64,000 bases of DNA from Camelus dromedarius. Its lineage: Eukaryota. Below, one piece after another: positions 1 to 12,600 of the stretch. Numbering within the stretch: position 1 is the stretch's first letter; every line of letters starts with the position of its first letter. The notes beneath the pieces were generated by a model that made no database searches, was not told where the DNA came from, and saw only the letters and a program-made list of their open reading frames with translations. Both the position numbers and the translations under genes were made by a program. The stretch spans positions 57,662,001 to 57,726,000 of the forward strand of contig NC_087437.1 of the NCBI RefSeq assembly GCF_036321535.1. The letters are read 5' to 3'.

Positions 1-84
1 GCAGCTACCTTATTTCATCAGACTGGCTTCCCTCTCCCTTAGAGTCCAGTAGCAAGGGAAAGAATGCTGTGCTGTATACTTAAG

Positions 85-392
85 CCAATGCTATCCAAAG
101 ATTACATAGTGGCAAGTCACACAGGTAATTTTAACTTTTCTACCAGTCATATCCAAGAAAGGAAAAAAATGGCTGAAATTATTCTAATAATATTTTTCAT
201 TTAAACTAGTATATCCAAAATACATAATCAACATAAGAAGTATTAATGAGATATTTTACATCCTTTTTCTTCATGCTAAGTCTTGAAAATCTACTGTGTA
301 TTTCACAATTACAACACGTCTCAACTCGAACCAACCACTTTCAAGTGCTCAAAGGCCGCATGAGCTAGTGAGCATCACACTGGACAGCATAG
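85..392. mobile_element. hAT-Charlie non-autonomous DNA transposon (MER33-like)
   Basis: Characteristic motifs ...tatccaaaata...tattaatgagatattttaca...ctaagtcttgaaaatc...tttcaagtgctcaa...gctagtg...tggacagcatag. Confidence 0.7.
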
Positions 393-585
393 CCCTCGAC
401 GGTTGCTCATCTTAATAGACATATTTCTCCAGAGGGCAGTGAAGTGCCTGTGATATAAAGCAATAATTATCTCCGTGATCCATAATGTGAATCCTCAGAA
501 TAACGAGGTAGAGGTAACCTAAGACCACATATGTTCTGGAAAATACATACCAAAGGAAGATGCAAGACAAAAATTATATCCTAAG

Positions 586-589
586 CCTG

Positions 590-626
<37 letters not shown>
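586..626 (+). repeat. (CCTG)n microsatellite, about 10 units
   Basis: Directly visible tandem cctg run. Confidence 0.95.
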
Positions 627-627
<1 letters not shown>

Positions 628-659
628 TCTTTCCTTCCATCCTTACACTGGTCCTTCCT

Positions 660-3560
660 TCCACCAACACTCTGGCCTCGGCACTATGCCAAGAAATACA
701 AGTGTGAACAAGACTGTTATGGTCAGAGCCCTTGTGAAGTTGACCCTGTAACAGGAAAAGAGAGAACTTAATTAAGTAATTCTATGATTAATTAATTACA
801 AATCTGAGAAGTGCTCTGGAGGAGTCCTGGCTGCTATGGAGGATGGACTTTACCTAGTCTCAAGGGAGTTGCTGTGGACTGAATGCTTTTATCTCCCAAA
901 ATTTATATATTGAAATCCTAACCTCCAAGGTAATGGTATTAGGAGGCAGGGCCTTAGGGAGGTGAACAGATCATGAATGGGATTAGTGTGCTTATAAAAG
1001 AGGCCCCAGAGAGATCCCTGACCCCTTCCTAGCACGCGAGGTCATAGCAAGAAGATGGCCATCGGTGAGGAAGTGAATCGACGGCCCCCGTGATCCTGGA
1101 CTCCTGGACTCCTGGACTGTGAGAAATAAATGTTTGTTGTTCTTAAGCCAAGCATTTTATGGTATTTCTGTGATAGCAGCCTAAACAAACTTAGACAGGA
1201 GTCAAAAATAGCTTCTATCAGGACATAACATTGACAATGAACGAGTCCTCAAGGACAAGGAGGAATTAGCTTGATGGAGCAGGTGGGTGGAAGTGGAAAT
1301 TAATACCATTCTACACAAGGGCAGCAGTATGAGAGAATAGGTTCAAAGTCAGAAAAGACTTTGGTGAATTTAAACAATTGAAACTTTGGCTGGAGTTTGG
1401 AAACTAAGAGTATGGAACACAGGCCAAGATGAGCCCAGATCATTCAGAAGGTCATAGACCATGTTGGAAGAAGTGGCGTGAAGGCAAGAGTCACCTGGGG
1501 AACTCTGGACTGAAAAAGCAGAAGATACATGGAAGACACAGAAAAGGCAATTTCGAGTACACTTTTTATTGCACTTGTCCACCAATAAACCAGCGATACA
1601 GGTCCATCTATACCCAGGCTGGCCACCCCTTTCTCATCTATGTCAGTGGTGTAGAACTTCAAATATATAGCTATAAAAACCTAAACATCGCTATACAAAT
1701 CTAGCCTTTGATTTTCTGTACCTTTTGTCCAAGAATAATAGCCTTCCTTTTCTCACCAGTTATTAGTGTGGTCTTCTTCTCTATTGCCTGTAGCAATAAC
1801 AAAATGTACTGCTATAAAAAACAAAGCACAAAGTCACTCAAAGCAGCAGGTCTGCCCAGCAGTGAAATTCTTTTTCCCTCCTTTGCTGTTACTAACCTAG
1901 AGAAAGCAATCAATCCCAATGAATTATAATTATATAACATTTATAATTCATAATTATATAATTTCTATGGAATGTTTCTCAACTGTATTATACCAATATA
2001 TATAATTTTAAAATTTTGGATTATAAAAATCACCCTGCAGAAGGAAAGCCTGTTATTTTAACCTTTTAATTTTCGCAAGGAGTCATGGAAAGACATTGAA
2101 AATTTTGAGGGATAAAGATGATATAATCTAACCCGCATTTTAAAGGCTCAGTACAGACTGCAAGAGAAAGAACAGACAGAAGTCTAGGCAGGGAAGTAAG
2201 TTAGAAAGTAACAACAGTAGACCAATTAAAAGATGTCAGATTTACATTAGAGTGTTCTGGAGACAAACCAGTTTAGGGTGTAGAATTGTCTTGACTTATG
2301 TATTAATTGCATGTGGGCAATAAAAATAGAATGGAAGTATGGAACCATGGCCCAGCCAGAATTTTCTTATAAGAAAGACAGTAGATCTTTAACAAACACA
2401 TTCCCCCCCAAAATAACATACACTTCCCAGCATGTAATGAAGGACAAAGCCCAGAGCCCATACTTCTCTGAGCTGATGAAGATCCCTGTCTCCTTGTGAG
2501 CTACACTGACCACTGAGCTTGGAGTACTTCTGTGAGATATCACGGAGGCAGTGGAGAGCTGTGCACGGTAACTTGTATCCTTGCTCTTGTGCGTATGCCT
2601 TTGCGCTCTTTATTCACTGCTGTAAAGTAAACCAAAGGATGAAAAGGCAATGCTGAAAGTGGTCGTTCTCACCAGCCTCTGAACCCAGATAAATCTCTGT
2701 GGTCAGATGTCACTTAATATGTTAAGGATGAATCCCAAGTTTCTGATTTAAACAAAATGGATATTGGTGCCATTATTTGGGAAGAGGAACATTAAAACAA
2801 GTATGAAATTGGGAGAAAATCTTCAAATTCAGTTTGGGATATTTTCAGTTTGAGACACCCACCATTGTAAGTTGGCTATACAGATTTATAGCTCAGAAGA
2901 AAGGTCTTTACTGATGATATAGACGTGGCAGCAGTTGACTTTTGAGAAGTAAAGCACTGAGAGTATATTGTGAGTGTTGAGGATCTAGGACTGAGCCTTG
3001 AGAATCTCCAAAGATGGCACAAAGGTAAGTTAATTAAGGACACTGAGAAACCAGAAAGATGGGAGTAAACAATATCTTGAAAGGAGGGATTGACCAGCAG
3101 TGCTGGGTGCTACCGAGAGGTCATCTAAATGAGGACCGGAAAATATCCACTAAATTTCATAAACTGGAGATATTAGTAACCACTGCGAGAGGAGTTTTTT
3201 TAGTGTCGAGGGTAGAATTAGGAAGATATGAGTCATGAGGGAGGAATGAAGAAAAGATGACAATAAATACAGAAGATTTTAAGTTTGAAGACGAGTTAGA
3301 AGAAAGTAAGCACCTGACAAAAGATTGAGGATTGTGGTAAGGTTGTTTGATTGTTTAAGAAAGATTTAAGCCTGATGAGTTGAAAACATCAAGAACCCAA
3401 GAGAGAGGAAATAAAGATAAAGTATCCTTCCTATGAAGGTGGAAGGGGATGAAATCTAGAACACAGGAGACTGGTCTCAGCTAGAAGAAAAAACAACTTC
3501 ATTGTAACAGAAGGAAAGAAGGAGAGAACAGATGTCAATTTGCTTATTCAGATGCAAAAG
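660..3560 (-). mobile_element. Fragmented L2 LINE, interrupted by an MLT1A LTR and unique sequence
   Basis: Purine-rich degenerate L2-type sequence (aatacaagtgtgaacaagac..., gatgaatcccaagtttctg..., aattcagtttgggatattttcagtttgagacac..., ggactgagccttgagaatctcca); boundaries approximate. Confidence 0.55.
870..1197 (+). mobile_element. MaLR solo LTR (MLT1A-like)
   Basis: TG...CA termini (tgctgtggactgaatg...ttagaca), internal AATAAA, exact 5-bp TSD ggagt (865-869 and 1198-1202). Confidence 0.9.
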
Positions 3561-3980
3561 CCCCAAATACGGTGGTTCCTCTTTATAGCAGGTAATTCTC
3601 ACTCAAGATTTCCAGTGCATACTTGAGAATTCTGGGGGGAAATATTTGTATATATATATATAATATATTTAATATTTATATATAATGTATATATTCTCCC
3701 TTAAACTACACTGAGTATCTACTGAGTAATGGTTTTATCACCGAGTCACAAGTTTCCCCCCGCCAAACTCCAGAGGTACCATTCAGAGCACCATCTACAC
3801 AGACAGGCTTGGAAGACCAGTCACCTGTGTATTCCAAGGGCAGGCGAGAAAAGCGGAAAGGGACTGCCTTAAGTGTCAGAAGAACTTGACTCTGTTCCTA
3901 ACTCTGTCTCTCTCATTTTGGGTAAGTTCCTCACCATCTCTGTTTTATATTTCCTCATCTCTATAGAGTAGCAATAGGTG

Positions 3981-4011
<31 letters not shown>

Positions 4012-5295
4012 AGGAAGAAGAAATTCAGGAAGCGTGTGCAAACACATAGATATAAAAGGGCTTGTCATGTTTAATGAATTTCACTGTGGCTGCGGCAGTG
4101 AGCTCCTACAATGTCCTGAGTACTATGTACTGGGGTTGTAAGTAAAGTGTCAGATATCTCATCACCACTGGGCTCCTCCTATTACTATTTATTTTTATAT
4201 TATGACATAGAGTAACATATTCTATATTTGTGTAGATTTTCCTAATTTAAATTGTGTGTGTGTATACATATATATGCATGCATATACATACATTCCTATT
4301 TGTTCCATGAAATACACTTTTAAGGTAGGTATTATTCAAACCCACCCTTAATATCTGTAGAGCCCACAGCAAGAGAACAAATGTAAACCCACATACCGTA
4401 TGTTTACCATTTAAATCTGTAAATCAAGGTAACCATGTAGTAAGACACGTCTGCCTTTGCTATTTGAAAATTATGACCCAGAAGCAGCCCAGGGTCAAAC
4501 TTAACTTTCTTAGACTCCTCAGAATCTTCTGCCAAACAGGGCAGCACTGGAAGACCTTGCCACCCATCTCACAGCTTAGAAGGCTTCTCTCCCCATGCCC
4601 CTGGTCCACGCCTCCCAGCTCCAGCAAACAACACTGCCAGGGGCCTCACATGGGTTCATGTAGACACAGAAGACTCTATGTCCAAGCGTTGTCCCTGCGC
4701 CTTCTGCAAACAGCCTCACAGCCTCGTGGACGCTCCAGGCCTGTGCATACACCCATTACAGTTCACTTTTCCCTGGCAAGTGCAGACCCAGGGAAGAGGC
4801 TCACACAGCCCCTGGCAGTATCCAAATTTCTGTGGGTTCCCTAGAATATGGTAAAGAATGAAGAAGCAGGGGGTCCAGGTGGACATAAACCCTTAGCCCT
4901 TTGGACTCCTTGCTCCTGGAGGAAGGTCAGTGTGGAGTCCAGCACAAAGGCCCTCTGTCTAAGAATTAGAAGGCTCATTAGCATTCTTGTATTATTTTAA
5001 CATCAAGGTAACTGGGGTTCAGAAAGGTGAAGTAACTGTTACTTAGCCCAATTGCTAGTACCTGGTAAGCTTTCGATACGATCTGAATAAATGAAGAATA
5101 AATGCTATATACCAAGTTAGTGGCACTGTCTGAACATGAGCAGTTTCCCTCTCTCCAGAGCTAATTCTCCAGTTCCAAGCTGACTTAAATACATACAGTT
5201 TTGTGGGGTTCTCGTGGGTCTTAATACTCTTTCTGATAGTTTATTTACTCACACACTAATGTTTGTTAGTGTCCAAGTATACACCTCGTATGCAG

Positions 5296-5317
5296 ACACA
5301 CACACACACACACACAC
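5296..5317 (+). repeat. (CA)n microsatellite
   Basis: Directly visible. Confidence 0.9.
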
Positions 5318-8300
5318 TACATGCTGCCGCAGTGTACCTTGGGAACATATCTTAACTATGATTTGTGCCAATTACTGTTTGAATCCAATTTCATTCTTTG
5401 ATTTTTTCCTACACAAACTTCATCTGTTGTAAGTTCTGACTGATTTATGACTCAGGAATGCAATGCTTATGCATCTCAGCCTCCAAAACAGCATTTAAAC
5501 CTTATCAAAAATTACTTTTCTCATTTTCTTAAATTTACTGCAGAAATAAAGTCCTATCGTCCACTGAAATGCAGAAGAATAAAAATGAAGTTGAAAGTTA
5601 AAAGAAGGCTCTGATATAATCATGTTAGAGTGCTTTATGTGATTTTTACTTTTTCTATTTTCCCTTCTACATCCACGGCATTTCATGAACAGGAACAAAG
5701 AAGTGTGTAAAGAACACAAATTGAAAATAACCAACTGGGTTAGTGCAGAAATAAAACTATTTCTGATCTACCCAATAAAGAGGCTACCGGGAGAGACAAT
5801 CTTGTGTTACTGAAAGAACATTGGAATTAAAGTCAAAAGTTGAGCGGCAAAAAGGAAACGAAAAGCTATTGAACACTTAGCATGTTCCAGGCAAAGGGTT
5901 AGAACCTTTCTCTACTTTATTGTTTTCCATCATGTTGACACTAACCTGTCCGGCACTCTCTTATCGCTAAACACTGTACATGGTTGTAGTAGCTACTTAC
6001 ACAGCATCACAGAATTCTGTACCAATGACATGAATAACAATGATATGAATGTGAAAAAAAGGGCAAATGCTAGCAGGGGTCTGCACTGTGTTTGAGAAAG
6101 AAGGTAGGAATGCATCCATTGTGTTCCTGTCTTAGACGCAGGCTGACGGTTTGGCAAATTTAAGGGTCGTATCAGATCCCATTAATATCAGAGAATCAGA
6201 CCGTGTCCTCGCATGCCTGCCTGTGGGAAAGCCCTACAGAGAAGCTGGTGAATATTTTATGATGTTATCTCAGAGGAAGAACTCAAATGATACCTCATAG
6301 TTGGACCTTCCGTGATTTCACAGAAGAGATGTGACAAGTGTAAGACCAGTTAAGAGTTACTCAGAAGCTTAGCATTTTAAGAAACTGTAAGTATATCCAA
6401 CCATTTCATTAGACGATTAGACATCCAACTATGTCTTTTTTCTTTATTTTTAGATTTGGAGAAGGGAAATGACTTATTAATAAAACCAATTCAGTAAGCC
6501 TAGTTCTGCTTGAATAATCTTTGATAAATTTTTTAAAATGGATTTTATTTTATGTCTTACTTCATTCTTTCAATAAGTCAGGATCCTTGTTTTTAATAAG
6601 TAAGTAACAAAATGGAAATGGAATGACTTCAAAGTCTGATTGCAGCTACACTTAACAACTTTACATAATTAAAAGTACATAAAGTATTAAGTGTTTACGA
6701 AAACAAGCAAAGACAAAGACAGTCCAAATCAGTGTCATGGAATCTCAAACATAAACAACGAATTGTTATGCTGGAGGGAGTCACGATTTATACTGCATTT
6801 TACTTAGAATATGTGATGTTACAGACACTGACATATATTAGGTGTTTTGTTTGTTTGGTTGGTTTTTGTCTAGTGAAATATACTGATATGCCATATATTG
6901 CACTAGATTGTATGGGGCTACAATTAGAAGTCATGCACTAAAAAGAATTCAGTCTCTTAAGAGAGATACATGACTTACAAACACATAATTTCAATACAGC
7001 GATAAATGGCATATGACAGGGATAAGGTACAGAAGAAAAACAAAAGTTCAAAATTAATACCATTTGTTCTTTAATTAAAGGCATCATAAATTTACACGTC
7101 TTTTTCAGATCTTTTACCTTTTTGAAAACAACTTTCTATATGTTGCCAGACTCTGAAATACTGTAAGTAAGTAGTCCAGTCTGGAAAAAATATTTTTAAA
7201 AAATTCAATTAGAAAAAAATTAAACATATGGAAGAGATGAAAAAAATTAGTAAAAAACTTTTACTTACACCTTAGGAAATAGAAAGCAGTGTCAATTTGT
7301 TTTCATTTATTTCCTGATATTAATATCTGTGATATCTAACTATCGAAAAAGAAGTAAAAAAATAAGAATAAAACAAAGACAATACAGAAAAAAATAAAAG
7401 AAGGTAATCTTATAATGAAACAGGATTGAATGGCTAACAAATGTGAGAAGATTTAATTTAACAAAATTAGTCCACAGTTTTCCTCTGAGATCTGGGACCA
7501 TCCGGACTGAGCATTTTCCTCGAGGGCAAAATTGGGAACTGCTATCCTTAAGCCTGAGCACTTCCACCTTTTTAATCCTAGATTTTAAAAAGACAACTGA
7601 GCAGTCCTAGTGCTTAGTGTTTAATTGATTTTACAAAGTGAAAAGAAGCAAAAAAAAACCCCAACTTTGGATCGATTCTACTTTATTTTGATTCTAACTA
7701 AAATCAATAGTAAATCTTTACTTGCTACAAAAGGTTAATAAGTAGCTATTCTTACAAAAGTGTAGTAAGTATAAGACTTACCTTTCAAAATGCAGTCTTT
7801 CTATGACAGGTTAACAACTAGAGGTGTCAAGTACAAGCTACAATTAACTACATGATGGCAGAAAATTCACCCCAAGGAACAAATGATGAAATAAACGTAT
7901 GTCTGATTAAAATCATCATCCAAAATATCTGGGCAATAAAAAGAACTTCCTATACTTAATATCATATACTAAGGTTCTCATTTCAATTTTAGATATTTAA
8001 TCTAAACTGAGAAGGGTGCTAGGGTAACCCAGGTGTAGAAAGAGCTCTCATAGGCTGACTCATAATCACTAACTTGGTTCCCTTAGTTTATGAAAAACAT
8101 TCAAATGTTCAGGAGTTTTCCTTCCGTGGAACACATGCAAATTGACTGCTCAGATTGCAAACTGCCTGGGAAATATCAAAATGGAGGGATGGGGGAAAGC
8201 CTTTTGTGCCATGTGTTTCTGAGGATCAGTAATTGCTGGGACGTGCAGTCATACAGTTTCCTGTCTCTGTTCTTTTGTTTGTGTGCTTGTCACCCACATT

Positions 8301-9309
8301 TACTCCTCCTGGAATCCTTCTCATCTTCCCTGGCCCGGCGCAAATGCCACACTCAGAGTGTGGGGGCTGTGGATAAATGCATTAAGAGGAAGACAAAGGG
8401 AAGGACGAACAAGATCTCAGAAATCGTAGTAATGTTCAGGCCACGTAAGGTGCTTTTGTGAGCAACTGGGAACATTTACAAAGGTTTTTACAGGGAAGAA
8501 ACATGATATTAAGTATGTTTTTTAAACATTCTGTGTAAAGACTGAGTAAGGATTCAAGAAAAGAGGGTTGAGACCTCAAAACATTTTAGGGGGTAACAAG
8601 CCCCTCAATCTTGGCAGTGACGAGAGGGATGGAAAAAAGATAATAGGAACAAAGATGATCACTTAACCTGATGCTCGGATCTGTACCTGATTCATCTCAC
8701 TATCCTGTAGAGTCCCCAGAAAGTCCTCGTTAGTGCCTGATGAATAAATGATGTTTAGAACAAAACAAAACAAAACTTTGCAGAGATCAAATCAATGAGG
8801 TATATGATTGCATATGAGAATACAGATGAGTCAAAGATTAGAGGGGTTCCCAAGTGCATGAAGGAGAAAGTAGAGAACTTCACCTGGGAAATAGGTCCGA
8901 GTGATGAACGAGGCTTGCATAAATGTGTATCTCTTCATTACATTAGTGCACAGACTGTAACAGGGAAACTGAACAAGATATGCTTAGAACTCTTAAAATT
9001 AAACACAATGAGGCCTTTGAGCATATAGCTTACACGCTGTGAGATCTACCCATGAAAGTGCCTGAATCCATTCAGATGAGGTCTAGACCAACTGGAGACT
9101 TCATTTAGAATGCAGGCAAAAACCGCTTATGAAAATCCTAAGAGTTTGGTTAACATGAAAAAATAATAAAATCCCTACTGTGAAATTATAAAGTTCTTTT
9201 CTCAAAGCACATTATAAACAGCGGTTGCAAGAACAGTTAACCAAATATTATTGTGCAGAGGGCTGAAGTGACCTCCTAAAGCCCTCACAAGAAGTCTAAT
9301 CTAGACTAA

Positions 9310-9440
9310 GGGTATTTTGCTCTGGGTTTATCAGACCAAACCTGGATGATTCTGTTTGATCCCAAGCAACACCCTCTTAATGATATTGATGAATTGGAGC
9401 TTGTCCAGAGGCAGGTAATCAGGATCATCAAAACACATAC
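9310..9440 (+). mobile_element. CR1/L3 LINE fragment
   Basis: gatattgatgaattggagcttgtccagaggcaggtaatcaggatc resembles the degenerate CR1 ORF2 C-terminal motif (D-I-D-x-L-E-x-V-Q-R). Confidence 0.55.
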
Positions 9441-9611
9441 CATATGTCATGCAATTTTAGGTGTTATAAATCCTTTTCAGGTGGTATAAATCCTAAAGGT
9501 GACCTTGCATTGGACTTCAAATTCAAGGAACAAGCCAAGCTTTATTTTTGGTAAAAATAACATGAGCAATGGTTCAAAAGATAAAACTGAATTTCCCCTA
9601 TGTATATTGGA

Positions 9612-9673
9612 TAAAGAATTGGAAAAGAGCTAAGGTAAAGAATTGGAAAAGCATAGATAAAGAATTGGAAAAG
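9612..9673 (+). repeat. Three exact copies of taaagaattggaaaag with 8- and 6-nt spacers
   Basis: Copies at 9612-9627, 9636-9651 and 9658-9673. Confidence 0.9.
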
Positions 9674-12600
9674 GGCTAAGAAAAAAAGTCAAAATACCAA
9701 TACTACCTGTAAGGACAGATGAGATGGGTAACATACACAAATGGAATGCACAGAAACGCTCAAATCTCATTTTAGGCACTATTTTAATTATACCCTTCCT
9801 TTCTAAATCTTGTATTTTTTCCACTAATGAGCACAATTAAATTTCGCCAACTGTCCACAATATAAACGTGATGACTGCTAAGAGTATGTCAAGTCTGATA
9901 TTCAGTAAATGTTGGTTTCTTCCTTAATTGATGAAGTCTTGGTAGAAATATATCAAAAAGGTGTGTCTCAAAGTCTGGGAAATCTAAACACTCGACAATT
10001 AAGGCATGACTTTTCTCTCCACAACCATTCCACTTCCAATGGCACATTTCCTTTGCTTACTTTAAAACTGTCATGAAATACGATGTTTCACGTGAGTTTA
10101 TTCAGAAATCAGTCTTCAACTTTCACTCAGTACCATACAGTTTCTTTGCTTGTCTATTTCTCACTGTTATCTTCCCTTTGAGGCTGCAGTAGTAAATAAA
10201 TGTAGTTGACATTAGAACAAAATCTGGTTCTACCATCTTATTAAATTTCTTTAATGTTGAAGTCCAAACTTATGTAATGGTCTATTTTGAATGCCCCTAA
10301 TACAAGGAAAATTTAGAAAGATAGTCAGTTTGTGTTCAATTAAACTAGCAGATCTAAGTACAAATAAAGAGTATAGAAGAGAGCAGTTAAACAAAAATAT
10401 GTGTGTGAATTTTTTGCTATTCTTTTTTACATGTCAAATCTTCTAGAATTTCACATCCGGGGTATCATTAAGCTATTTTCTTCTATCTGACATACAGATA
10501 TCTTGGAATCCAACCACCTATCCTCTGTAAGCATTAACACCAGAGATACACACCAAGAACGATAAAGCTGAAAGAGATCTCAGAAACCATCTGACACAAC
10601 CCCTTTATTCTGAGAATGAAGAGACTACACCGAGGAGAAGAAAAAAAACAAAACAAAAACTTCTCCAAGGTCAAAAAGACTCAACCCCCAGTCCAATGTT
10701 ATTTCTATGATACTGTGTTACCTTAGACTGGACTCAAAGACCTGTTATTCATATTATTTTAAGAAAAAGGCTGGGTTTCAAGTCAAAAAAAGAGAATAAA
10801 TACAGAGGACTGTAGCATACACAGAAGACTTACTTAATGCTGCTATCAATAGCTTTAAGAGTAAGAGAAGAGGAAAGATGAAAGTCAATGAGGTAATAAA
10901 GAGTTGACAGAAGAAGCTTTTTCATTAGACCCAATCAATATTGTGTTCCCCCATCACTTAGAGCTTCACCAAGGAAAGTGAAACAGGAGTGAATATGTTC
11001 CCTCAAGGGTATTTAACACTAAAATGGCTTTTTTGGTCTCAGCTGTAAATGTCAGGACCAGGCCTGACTGAATTTGAGATCAATGGCAAAGGTTATTTCT
11101 CACTAACCCAACGTTAAGAAACCAAACAAAACCAGTCAAAATAGTAATGGCCCTTTTCCAAACTGGCTATGCCACCCACTTCCCCTCAATTTCTGGGGCA
11201 GAGATAAATTAATATAAAGATGCTCCTCCTTCTTTTGGCATTTCCTTAGGAACTCCGCCTTTATAAGTAGTTACTCTGCTGAGAAAGAAGAAAGAGAAAA
11301 CTATATGCTGAGTGAAAAAAGCGTGGCAACTGAGAGTTGGGTTGGGGAGGAAAGGAAAACATAAGTTCTTAGTATTTCTCTAACAGCTAAATACCAAATG
11401 AAAATGGATTAATGATATTTTTGTCTTTTAATATCAAAAGAAAGGATTAATTAATATTAGCCTAAATGCTAATTCCTTTTCTCGCTCAGCATTTTCACAT
11501 TTGTGCGGAAATTCCCTTGGAGTCCGACTAGTGCTGATACCACGAGCACATCAGTCAACCAACAGAATTCATTTCGTTTGGATGAGTTATTTCTGACCAG
11601 CAACTATGGAGAGAGCATTGAAGTGATAATGTCCTTTCCCTATAGGAACTCACGCTGCAAAGGCAGAGGCAGGTACTTACACAATAATTACAAGACAAGA
11701 TAGACTGAGCTGCAGAGGTACAAAGCCACATGAAGCCAGGGGCAGGCAGTGATTCATTCTACCTGGAAGGAGCTGAGAAGATCTGGCAGAAGAGACGGGA
11801 GTTGGGCTGGGCTTCGAGTAACAGGCAGGGCTGCAGTAGGATGGGAAAATGAAGGGCTGTGTCTGGGTCAGGGGAAGACAGGTGAGGAAGTTAACAGCAT
11901 CCCTTGTGGGGAAAACAACAACTACAAACTAAGGAACTGCAACGGACAGATGCTGTAAATGTTCTATGTATGCCAACAAGGCTGGGGTTGGCTAGAGCAC
12001 CGTGGGAGGACGCGTGGAGAAGGAATCTTCATTATGCAGCAGATCCATGTTGATAATATACATAATCAAACAGCATGCTCTCAGCCAAGCCTCGAACCCA
12101 CGTGCATTTTTAAAGACAGATTGTAGCTAATTTTTTAAAAATTAAGGAATTACTGTTATTTTTCTTGAAATACAGACATTAAAGGAGAAACTGTCCAGAA
12201 GAACACAGCAAAACTACAACCTGCAGCACAGTCATACAGATCTGGCCAGAGTTAATGAATCTTAATTACGGACCGCCCTGCAGGGAAAGAGCAGGTACTT
12301 CCTCATTACTGCTGTATCCCATCCCCAAGCCCATGACAAAACAGCTATTCAATAGGTGTCTTGCAATATAACTTGATTATAGAAATTTAAAAGCAACCAC
12401 CCACATTTAAATGGCTGAAAACAAAGAACAGGTGGATGGATCTTGCTGCCAGCACTGGGCAATGTCCGACAGGAGACAGTCATGCCGTAGCAGGACAGCA
12501 TGCGCTTACCCCGAGTTTCAGTGCTTGCTCTGCCTTCGTACTTCTATGACCCACCCCTTCAGAGGCTCGCTTCCCTCCCCTATCACGTGGGTGATTGTAA

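Noticed and set aside
9612..9673. Repeat-spacer pattern resembling a CRISPR array
   Set aside because: Mammalian DNA, 16-bp repeats, 6-8 nt spacers, three copies, no cas genes; a local tandem duplication.
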